23,869 bases of DNA. Source: Vitrella brassicaformis CCMP3155 (Eukaryota > Protista > Chromerida). Shown piece by piece: positions 9,820-20,992 of this stretch. The position numbers were made by a program, and so were the translations under genes. The stretch is from assembly GCA_001179505.1 (NCBI GenBank), contig CDMY01000756.1, positions 1-23,869 on the forward strand, given 5' to 3'. The notes under the pieces were generated by a model. It did not search any database. It was given only the letters and a program-made list of their open reading frames with translations, and was not told the origin of the DNA. How positions within the stretch are numbered: position 1 is the stretch's first letter; every line of letters begins with the position of its first letter.

Positions 9820-11583
9820 ATGGCGCGCGAGGAAAACGTGTACAAGGTGAGACCGCGACAGACGGGATGGGTCGGGGGGGCTCTTGTTCTGCACGTGTGC
9901 ATTAAAATACGGTGGCGCGATGTCTGCCTGTCTGTAGGCCAAGCTTGCCGAGCAGGCCGAGCGCTACGACGGTGAGCAAGGGCAGGGCGCACAGCACACA
10001 CGACAAGGGGAGGCTGGCTGGGGACGCCGCCTGCAAAGAGAGAGTGCCGATGAGGTGTCGTCCTCTGTGGTGCACATCTCTGTGTGTCTGTCTGTCAGAG
10101 ATGGCCGAGTAACACTGAGGAGCACTGAAAAGACCCAGACAGACGATGTGCAAATGAGCTTTTTCTCATGTGTGCTGAGTGTGTGTGTGTGTGTGTGTGC
10201 AGTTTCATGAAGGTTGTGGTTGAGATGGGCGAGGAGCTCACCGTCGAGGAGAGAAATCTCCTGGTAGCGAAGCTCACAGAAGAGAACCGAGCACTGCAGC
10301 GCCTGACCATGCATGGCATGCGGGCGTCATCTTGTTGTATGTTGTGTGGTGTCTGTCTGTCGAGTGAGTGCAGTCGGTGGCTTACAAGAACGCCGTCGGT
10401 GCCCGCCGCGCGTCGTGGAGGATTATCTCGTCGGTCGAGCAGAAGGAGAAGTCCAAGGGCAACACGCAGAACGTGCCGCACGCCGAGGAGTACCGAAAGA
10501 AGGTAAGACACACAGGATGAGATGAGGGCTGGGTGGGTGAGATGGATGGATGAGGGTGGGCGGATATATGTCATTTGTGTGTGTCATTCATTGTCATTGT
10601 GTGTCAGGTTGAGGACGAGTTGAACAAAATCTGCCAGGTAGCTAGCTACACTGACAGACACAATGAACCTGGTAGCCAGACACAGGTAGAATGGGAACGA
10701 TGTGTCTGTCTGTGTTTGTCCAGAACATCCTGGTTCTCCTGGACAAACACCTCATCCCTTCATCCACCACGGTAGCTACACTACTAACACACACTCCACA
10801 CGGACACATCACCGGCCCATCAAACAACCATTTTGGTTGTGCGTGTGTCCCACCCCGCCCCGCCACCAACTCTCAGGGCGAGAGCAAGGTGTTCTACTAC
10901 AAGATGAAGGGTGACTACTACCGCTACATCAGCGAGTTCAGCCAGGACGACACCAAGACCACCGCCGCCAACAGCGCACACGACTCCTACAAGGAGGCCT
11001 CCACCATCGCCCAGACCGACCTCTTCCCCACACACCCCATACGACTCGGACTCGCGCTCAACTTCTCAGGTCGATATTTGCGATGGATGCGAACGGACAC
11101 GAGTGGTGGTCCCCTGTGTATGAGCCATTGCGTGAACTGGGTATCTCTATGTTTGTGTGTGATGCATGTGTGCAGTGTTTTACTATGAGATTCTGAACAA
11201 CCCCGAGGAGGCGTGCAAGATGGCCCGTCAGGCCTTCGAGGACGCCATCGCAGAGCTCGACAACGTCAGGTACGAGACGTGACGTATGCCCTCCCTGTGC
11301 CAGACAGACACATCAAGAGAGAGAGACAGAACGGCACATCTTGTCTTCGTCTCTGTGTGTGTGGATGGTGATTGTATTGTCAGTGAGGATTCGTATAAGG
11401 ACAGCACGTTGATCATGCAGCTGCTGCGCGATAACCTGACGCTCTGGACCTCCGACATGGCACCCAACGAAGAGGGTCAGTCAGCAAACCGCACACACGC
11501 ACACACATAGATGTCCCACTGATGTGTCTGGGTGTGTTGTGATTAATTAATTGGCTGGTTCAGGCAAGGAGGGCGAGCAGTGA
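9820..11583 (+). CDS. 14-3-3: 14-3-3 protein (245 aa), complete
   Basis: Exons 9820-9846, 9938-9971, 10099-10108, 10203-10263, 10374-10502, 10608-10637, 10724-10771, 10877-11069, 11176-11269, 11384-11475, 11564-11583 total 738 nt. The translation has the family signatures [66 protein letters not shown] and [21 protein letters not shown]. The phosphopeptide-binding K/R/R/Y residues are intact. Confidence 0.98.
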
Positions 11584-11682
11584 GACCCCTCTGTGTGCCC
11601 TCGTCCTCGTCGTTGTTGTGTCTGTCTGTCTATCTGTCTTGTCTCGTCTCATCCCGCCTCTCCCCTCCCCCCCCCCCCCCCC

Positions 11683-11982
11683 NNNNNNNNNNNNNNNNNN
11701 NNNNNNNNNNNNNNNNNNNNNNNNNNNNNNNNNNNNNNNNNNNNNNNNNNNNNNNNNNNNNNNNNNNNNNNNNNNNNNNNNNNNNNNNNNNNNNNNNNNN
11801 NNNNNNNNNNNNNNNNNNNNNNNNNNNNNNNNNNNNNNNNNNNNNNNNNNNNNNNNNNNNNNNNNNNNNNNNNNNNNNNNNNNNNNNNNNNNNNNNNNNN
11901 NNNNNNNNNNNNNNNNNNNNNNNNNNNNNNNNNNNNNNNNNNNNNNNNNNNNNNNNNNNNNNNNNNNNNNNNNNNNNNNNNN
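11683..11982. other. Assembly gap (300 N) flanked on both sides by poly-C / (CCCCT)n tracts
   Basis: Run of n between C-homopolymer-rich flanks. Confidence 0.99.
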
Positions 11983-14524
11983 CCCCTCCCCCTCCCCCTC
12001 CCTCCCCCCAGACCTCCTCCTTCCTACCCTTGGCTGACTCTCTGGCTGAGCTGACTGCCTTGTCTGTCTGTCTGTCTGTCTGTCTTGGTGTCTATCCGTG
12101 CATCCACACCTGGCTGTGTTGAGTTCACCTGGCTGTGTTGAGTCGAGTTGTGCTGTGTGTTGTCGTGTCGTGTGCAGTGCACCATTCACTAAATGATGAA
12201 TGGTATGACGGACGGGCAAGGCAATCAATCGGTAGGGAGTGGCACTGCACACCCGTCAAACTGTCTGTCCAGTGAGATGACACGATACAGGCAGATCAGA
12301 TCAGATCACATCTGAACAGCACAGAACAGACAGGTCAGGCCGCTCCCATCGGCTCATCACTCCGACTGACTGACTGACGGCCCGGCACTCTCTAGCTAAC
12401 GAGTTCACCCCCCCACTCACTCAGTCACTCACTGGTGGCGTCCGTGTGTGCGTGGACTGGATAAGCGTACGGTCGGGCCGTTGTTTGTGTGCCGGCTGTG
12501 CGTGTGATGGTATGTGATGTCATTGATGGTATGAATGTGGTGAATAAATGAGTGGACTGTTCCGGCCTCTAGCTAGCCTCGCATCTCGCATATCTCCTTC
12601 TGGCGGTCCGAACGCCTTCCCCTCTCTGCACATACCGTGGTGGCTGAATTGGAGCAAGACAGGCAGGCAGGCACAGCACCCGTCTGTCTGTCTGTCTGGG
12701 TGAGAAGTATTGGAGTGGCGCGACCTAGACAGAGAGGGAAGGCAAGTAGGGCCCGGCCAGACATGAAGTGAAGCGGCTTGACGTTGTGTGGGTGACGTGT
12801 GTCGTGTGAGAGGAGAGAGAGGTGTGTGGAGTGACTGGCCTGGGTGCAGTGGGGTGAGTGAGGGAGGGAGTGTGTGTGAGGTGTGTGTGTGTGTGTCTGT
12901 ACGATATACCTACCGATTGGATGAGGAATGATTCCATCCCTTCTTCTTTTTGCCGCCCTCTCCCTGCCCGGCTGTCCACTTTTGGGTACACTGACTGACT
13001 GACATTGACTGGAGGTGAGGCAAGCGTGGCCACGTTTCCCCGTGGTTTCCACCTGCCCGCCCTCCTCTTGTGTACACACACACGCACACACACACGCACA
13101 CACGCAGAGCAGACGCTCACCGTTGTGGCGTCGTGAGCGCTGTGCTCCTCGTCCGCCCCGCCTGTTTGTTTCTGTCCCGATTTGCAAACCTGCCGGTGTG
13201 GTTCCGTGTCTTTAATTTCCGATCTGTCTCTCGGTGTGGTGTGGTGTGGTGTGGTTGGTGGAGTGAGACGCCTAGCTGCGTGGATGCCATGCCGGGGTGC
13301 GCATGAGGACGACCTCGTGGGCCCCGTAGACAGACATACACCGATACACCGACAACTCAGATGTGCATCCATCGATCTTGCATGTGTGTGTGTGTGTGCG
13401 GCTGACCGGTCGGTTCGGTCGATGCGGCTGGCCGAACGTGTCGGTCAATGACAATGAACACGAGTTTTGCTGACTGACTGAGACGAGAAGACGAGAGCAA
13501 CCACAAATCAACCGGTCAGACAGACACACTGCTACTGCCCGCCTGCCTGGTGCCTAGCTACGTGTGTGCCTACTTGGAAGCCAGCAGTGGTCTGTCTGTC
13601 TGGCCGCCTTTGCTGCCTCCCGTAGAGAGCCCAGCACAGCACAGGTCTTCCGTGTGTCTGTCTGTCGGAATCGACATATTCGGCCGACAACACACACACC
13701 CCACGACCATACATACGAGCCAGCTATAGGGCGGGCACCTGACGGTAGCAGCAGCAGCAGCTGACCAAACCACGTACCGTTTTTTCTGAAGCGCTTCGCT
13801 GTGCCACGGAGAGATAGACGGACAGCATGACAGCCGAAGTGGTTAGGTGAAGTGGCTAGGTAGTTGGATTGGTGTCTGTGTGCCTGAGCGCCTCTGTGTG
13901 TGTGTGTGTGTGTGGATGTCACTTTCTCCTTCTGACTCGACTTGGCTTGGCTTGGCTTCTCTGCATACGAACACACCTACACGTACACGTGTGAATGGAA
14001 TGGAATGGACCGACCCGACCCACTCTCACCACTTTCTTGAATGAATGGATGGATGGATGGATCTGGATGGATCAATGAAATCGATCAACCAATCCAATAA
14101 GGGTTCTCTCTCACACACGCGTGCACGACACACACACAGCATAGCAGAGAGAAGTCAGTTTGCATGGCCATGCCATGATGCACTCCCACCCAACACACAC
14201 TCACACATCACAGACATGGACGGACACTCAGTCGGTCTAGGGCCTCAACAGAGACAGAGACAGAGAGAGAGCTAAGCATACTCACTCATCGTCCGCGGCT
14301 CAGCTCCGGTCCGGTGGTGGGCCGGAAAAAGGACGCTGCGAGAGTGTCGTAGGTGGGTACACCGAGGAGGGAGGAGAGCAACAAAAGAGACACACAGAGC
14401 CTACCTCGGCATATGGACGCCCGCCCCACCAGTCTGGCCGCCGTACCTCCTCCCCTAGGCGCAGTGATGTCATGACACCGTCCTCCATCCATCCACCACC
14501 CACAGGCCTCCCCCTGACTGTCAC

Positions 14525-17500
14525 TTATCCAGGGGGCGGTGCTGCTGCTGCTGGTGGTGGTGGTGGCGGCGGTGGTCCATCGCCCTCGCCCTCGTCGTCG
14601 CGGTCGTCCAGCTGTCCCTCCCAGATCCTCCGGCCACCGTGATAGCCCGGTATATGGGGCATCAGCAGGGCCGTCTTCTTTGTCCTCCCTCCTGGTGGGC
14701 GGGGACCCGGCTCCACCTCTTCCATCTCCTCCACACCCCCTCTCCGCTGCAACAACGGCACGCCATTGGCTACAGCTGCACCATCGCCCAGCTGCTGGAA
14801 GGGCGGCATGGCCGGGTGGGCAGCAGCAGCTGCTGCTGCTGCTGCCGCTGGTGGGGGTGGAGGTGGGGGGGTGGAGTGGAAGGGCGGAAACGGCATGTCG
14901 AGAAGGTCGTGTGCGTCAGGTGGGTCAGGTGACTCCCGTGGGTCTCGCTGTTTGTGCTTCTTGGGCGACTGGCTGGCCATCCTGATTGAGGCGAGCAGGT
15001 GGGCGTCGCGGGAGAGCTTCCTCTGCTCCTCGTCCATGGCCGTACCCACAGCTACACCGCCCAGGCGCATGCCCGTGTCCATCCCCCGCTGCCGCTCGGC
15101 CTCTGCCTCTGCCTCTGCTTCCGCTGCTGCCGCTGCGGCCTCCATCGCTGCCTCTTGGGCCTCCATCTCCGCCTGGATCTCCTCCACACGGCCGGACACC
15201 CACTCCTGCACACAACAACACACACAACACACCAGATGGAGCCAGACATCAACACATACACACACACAGGGTGGGTGGGTGGGTGGCTGGGCGTGTGAGC
15301 TGACTGACCTGCAGGCGCCGCGAGCGCTTGGCCTCCTTCTCGATGAGGTGCTGCTCCTGGTCCTCCCGCTTGCGCTTCCTCTGCCGCAGGTATATGTCGG
15401 CCGTGAAGGGCACGTACACAAACTTGTACGACGAGTGAGGCACCTGTCACACAGGGAGGGAGGGAGGGAGGGAGACAGACAGGGGCAGGTAGGCATATCA
15501 CACAGACGCGCGTCGAGTGAGCAGAGCTCTACTGTACCCCACCCACTGAAGGTACCCGTTGCAGCAGGCGGTTGACGAGCATTGACTTGTCCGCCTGGCC
15601 GCCCTCCTGCGTGCGCTTCTTGATGGCCCGCTGCACACGCGCCCTGTTGCGGATGAGGAACCTCGCCGGGCGGCCCTGCTCGAGCAGCTGGGAGGGCGAG
15701 GGCGACGCTGGCTGGGTCAACGAACCCATCTACTCGACAGCGGACGGACAAGTGTGGACAGCACAGCACAACACAAGGATAGGTAGGATGGTGGGGTGGG
15801 CTGTGCGTGGCCGGTGTGGTGTCTGTCTGTTCTGTTGCAGTGTGTGTGGTGTGTACGTTGATGTCTTTGAATGCGTCCGGGTCCGATGCGGTCATCATGT
15901 CGTGGTTGACCAACCGGATGTAGTTGTCGCGGATCCACTCGCTCATGGGGACGTTCTCACCCAACGACACAGGACGATCCTGGGGAAGGGACCCCCAGAC
16001 ACACGGTCACACACGCACACACAGTAACCAATTCGTCTGTCTCCTTGCTCTACGTGTCGGCTCGTGTGGTGTGCTGCTCACGGCCGGTTTGATGGCGTGT
16101 TGGTAATCGCGTGTGGTGACCATGTGGACGGTGAACTGGAGCTTGGAGGGGTCGTAGCGAAGGTGGAAGTAGGGCGCGTCCCCGAGGACCTCTCGCGCGT
16201 CGGCCTCGTATACCGCCAGCGCACGGTCACTGCCGTGAAGCGTGTCCAAACCTGATGGATGGGCACCATTTACCACACACACACACACACACACACACAT
16301 GCATGAATGCGTCTGTGCGTGGTGTGTGTGTGTGGGAGGGAGGGTGGGAGGGGTGGGGTACAGTCTCTGTAGTTGAGGTAGAGGAGGACGAGTTTCATGG
16401 CGGTGGCGTCCTTGATGGTGTAGAGGATCATCTTGACGAACTGGTTGCACACGCGGTCGATCGTGTACAGGATATACGCACTTGTGCCCAACAAATCGCT
16501 GCAAAACCCAACCCAGCCCAACCACACACACCATCACACGGCTTTGTGTGCTGTCCTGTGATGTCCTGTGCTGTGCTGTGTGCTGTGCTATGCACCTACC
16601 TGGCCTGGTCTTCGAAGGCATGTGAGTCGATCTCGCCCATTATGAGCTTCCGGCAGATGGTCAGCACACTGTCGGCCCTCCGCTCCTTGACACACACACA
16701 CACGGTGGACACGAAACAAACGCGCCAAATGAGGCAGGCACACGACGGCATGAGGAGTGAGATGCATGGCAAGAATGCGAACCTACCTGCTGTCCCTCGA
16801 GGACGGACGGTGTGGGCGATGGCCGCCGGTTGGTGCGGCCGCTGGCCTCCTGGCTCCTCTTGCACTGCACACCACACCACATCACACCACACAGCATCAT
16901 ACCACATGATACCACAGCCGCTGAGTCGGCCTCTCTATGTGTGTATATCCTGTGCTGTGTGCTTCCTTCCCTCCCTCCCTCCGCCCTGCCTGGCTCAGCC
17001 AGCTGACCTTGAGGAGCCGCTCGTAGATGGTGGCGTAGAAGCGGAAGAGGCAGTACCCCGTGTCACCCGCTATCATGTACCGCGGGTACGCTGGCACCAT
17101 CACGGTCTTCTTCTTCCCACCACCATCCTTCACACCACCATCGTACGGCCGCAACTCTGCAGCAGCAGCGGCTGCTGCTGGTGCGGGTGGTCCTGAGGCA
17201 AATGTGTCGATCTCCATGGGCACTGGGCCGCTGGGTGCGGCGGGGGATGGCTGGGCAGAGAGGGAGAGAGGGGCCGGGGGGCCGGGCTCGCTGCTGAGCT
17301 CGACGGACGCCATGGGGACCTCCTCTGTGCCCTCTGCTTCTGCTTCTTCGGCCTTGACGGCCGCCTCCGGTTGCTCGCGCTCGTCCGTTGTGGTGGTGGG
17401 TATGAAGGCCCGCATGAGCTTCAGCCCGGTCGTGTCGTTCCATCGCCGCTTACCACCTGCAATGGATGCAGAAATCGCGAAAACAGGTAAACCAGAGACA

Positions 17501-20500
17501 CCATTGCAGCCCCCGCCAACAGTCTCACCGCTCTTTTTGGGTTTGAGCAGCCCCGCTGGCCGCCCAATGGCGGCTTCGTGTGGCGAGGGTGGTGCAACAG
17601 CTGCTGCTGCGGCTGCTGCGGGCTGTGTGTCTGCTGTTGTTGCCGTCGGGTGTGGGTGTGTCTTGAGGCCGGGAGGGAGGGGGGGCAGGTCGGTCTTCTT
17701 GCTGTCGTCGTCGAGCAGCCCGCCGAGGAGGAAGAAGTCCTTGAAGATCCAGCTCACGAACTTCTCAATCTGAACCAACCGAACCACACACAAAGAGGGT
17801 CGCGTCGGGATATAGCACGTGGTATTTCTGTGTGTGTAGGTTACCTACCTGTGGGACGTCGTGTCGTGAGACGAAGTTGTTGCGTGGGCTGCGGGCCGTG
17901 TGCAGAATCAGCTCAGTCACATCACGATGAGTCTGTTTGTTAACATTGGGCAAACGAACAGACAGAGTGGTGGCGGGTGCGTAGTGCGTAGTGCGTGGTG
18001 GTGTGCCGCATCGATCTTACCTGTATGTCAGGCATCTCAAAAGTGTACTCGGGCGGGAAGTGCTCAGGAGCCCTCTTCTCCGCTGCTGCTCCTGCTGCTG
18101 CTGCTGCAGGTCGCTGCTCTGCTGGTGCTGGTGCTGGTTGCGGTTGCGTGGGCGGCGCTGTGGGCTGTGGTGGCCTCCCACGCATCACAGAGCTGTCCTG
18201 TTGTTTCTGTTTGCCGCCCTCGCCCTCTCTGCCTTCCTCCTTGTCTGGCTCCTGCTCCATCTCAGAGTCTTCATCCTCAAGACGCGGGTGGCTGGGGTGG
18301 CCGTACGCGTACACGAGCTGCGGCTTGCCGGCGCCCTTCTTGCCACCTGAGCCCCCAACACACACACACACACATGGATGGATGGACGGATGGATGGAAG
18401 GGGGGATGCCCACCTGTGTGTGTGTCTGGTGGGTGTTGGATGGTGATTTCTTTGAGGTCGTCTGAGACGATGATGACGCCGCCCTCAGCCCCGCCGCGGG
18501 CCTCGTAGTACTTGCGCCGCACCTCCTGCAGAAACGCCTTGGTCGTCGTGTTCTTGCGGTCCTGATGGATTGATGGACAGACCATTCACACATGGGTCCG
18601 GTTTGTTTTCGCTTTGGGACGCCTGTGTGTGTGTGTGTGTGTGTGTGTACCTGTGATCTGAAGTAGAAAGATCTGTGGTCGAGTGAGCGCTCGTAGTTGC
18701 GGTCGACCATGTCGCGCCACAGGTCACGGTTCAACTGCTGCTGGACCGACTCCCTGCATCAAACACGACAAGACATCCACACCATTAATTAGATGTATCG
18801 TTGCCTCTGTTGCCTCTGTTGGCTCCCTCCCCTCCCCTCCCTCCCCCTCGTGTGTCTCGTCTCCCACCACTCTTCCTGCTTCTGCTTGAGCCGGTTGTAG
18901 ATGACAGGCACGGCCCCCTGGGGGTTTTTGGCCATGAGGTCGGCGATCTCCTTGTAGTGCTCGCCGTAGATGAGCCGCAGACACTTCTGGTGCAGAGGGT
19001 GGTCGAACTCATCCGGCATCTCCACACCACCACCACCTTCCGCCGCTGCTGACGAGGCTGATGCTGATGCTGCTACGGCTGCCGGTGCTGGTGGTACCGG
19101 TGCGGGGGGCGGTTGAGGTGGGCCAGGGGGATGGGTGGGGGGCACGTCGGGAGTGATTGCTGCAGCAGCAGCAGCCGCTGGTGGTGGTGGCTGTGATGGT
19201 TGTGGCGGTGGGGGCAGCGCTGCAGATGCTGCTGGTGCAACGCTCTGTGGGGGCTGCTGTGGCTGTGGCGGGGCAGCTTGTGCCTGGGGCACCTGTGGTG
19301 GCTGCTGCTGCTGCTGCTGCTGGTCCGTCACAGCATTTTTGCGCTGTTGCCCCTCGATCTGATCCACCACCTTCTTGAGCAGCTTGATGGCTGCACGAAC
19401 GAAACACACACACACACACACACACAGAGAGAGAAAGAGAGAGAGAGAGTGCATCCGTGTGTGTGTGGTTGGGTGGTTGGCTGGCTGGCTGACTGACTTG
19501 TCCTGACGAGGTCCAGTACGTAGTCGAGGTCGAACCGCTCGTCCTCCGTCTTGAAGAGCACCTCCTCGTACTCATTCCGACGCATCACACGAAACGACAA
19601 ATCCTCGGAACCCTAAGGGTGGGGCATCGGGGAAGGGAGGGAGGGAAACAGACCCATGTGCGCCGTGTTGTGTGGTGTGGTGCGGTGTGGTGGGGTGTGT
19701 GTGGTTGGTGGCGTGCCTGTGGGATGGATATCCAGGTGTCGTTGAGCTCCTTCTTGCACAGCTCGTCCCGACCAGAACAATACTGACATGCAATGCAACG
19801 AGGGAGGGAAAGGCACCGCACCCACCCACCCAGCAGACGGTGTGTGTGGCTGGGCTGGTGTGTGGGTGCGATGTGTGGGTGCACTGCATGTGCTTACATT
19901 ACCTTCTTTGGGTACTTCTTGGGCAGCTTGCGATAGCTCGAGCCGGATATCTCAGCGTCTGCCATGACGCACAGCACACGCACCGCAGACACCCACGGGC
20001 ACACGCCCATCCATGCATGGCGCACCATCTCATTCATACAGCGGCATTCATGTGGGTGGGTGTCGTTCGTGTGTTCATTCATTCTGACCTTTGAAGTCGA
20101 TCTGCCCCAGCGACAGGCAGAAGTACGAGTGCTTCCTGCAGACACACAGACACACACGAGCACAGAAATGTGGCGTGGCCTGGCGTAAGTGCACTCACTC
20201 ACTGACCTTCTGGCGGCTTCCCTTGGGCAGATGATCTTCCGGACGGCCCACATGAGAGGACTGCTTCTCATTGCAATGACATTCACACAACACACACACA
20301 CACAGACACACAGAGAGACAGCCCTTGTACACGGCTGCCCTTCTGTCTGGTCCATGCAGTGCAGTCAGTGCTGTGCTCACGGGTAGTCGTGGAGCGGCAG
20401 AATGTCCTCGAGCAGCGCTAGAGTCTGCAAATGGAACCACACCACACCACACCACACAGGTTTCTAGGCAGCCCAGCCGCTTGTCTGGATCCCACCGACC

Positions 20501-20955
20501 TCAGCAACGGTAGCGACGCCTGTCTGGAAGAGTTTGATGCACTTGGCCATCTCGGTGTAGTGCTGCTTGTGCGGCGAATCCCTTGAGTGAGTCAGTGAGT
20601 GACATAGACACCACACACACACACACACAGACATGGGTGCGTGTGTGTGTCCAGCTATATCCTCCTCCTCGTCTACTGACTTGGCGTCAGGGTTGAGGCA
20701 CGCCTTGAGGGCCTTGAAGAAGCCATCCTCGCCACGATTCAACGTCAGACCTGTGTGACACACACACACACACACGTGATGCCGTCATTACACAAGTGTG
20801 ACGAGGCGGTTAGGCAGAAGGAAGAGGACTGTTATCTGTCCGCGACTGACCGCTTCTGACGTCCTCGTCCGACCAACCGTTGTGAAGCAGACCACCGGGA
20901 CCTGACCAATGCAGCGCCACAAAGACAGAAAGGTAGACAGACCTGCACCGAGCAG

Positions 20956-20992
<37 letters not shown>

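Noticed and set aside
9679-9942. Track start at 9942 for the minus-strand gene
   Set aside because: It is a TTG inside 14-3-3 exon 2. The first in-frame ATG is 9678, so it was not used as the CDS start (kept only as an overlap observation).
11560-12252. ORFs containing long X runs
   Set aside because: Artefacts of translating the 300-N gap.
12190-12330. C/D-box snoRNA (ATGATGA at ~12193, CTGA at ~12322)
   Set aside because: No terminal stem or recognisable rRNA antisense element; these words are common in this repeat-rich DNA.
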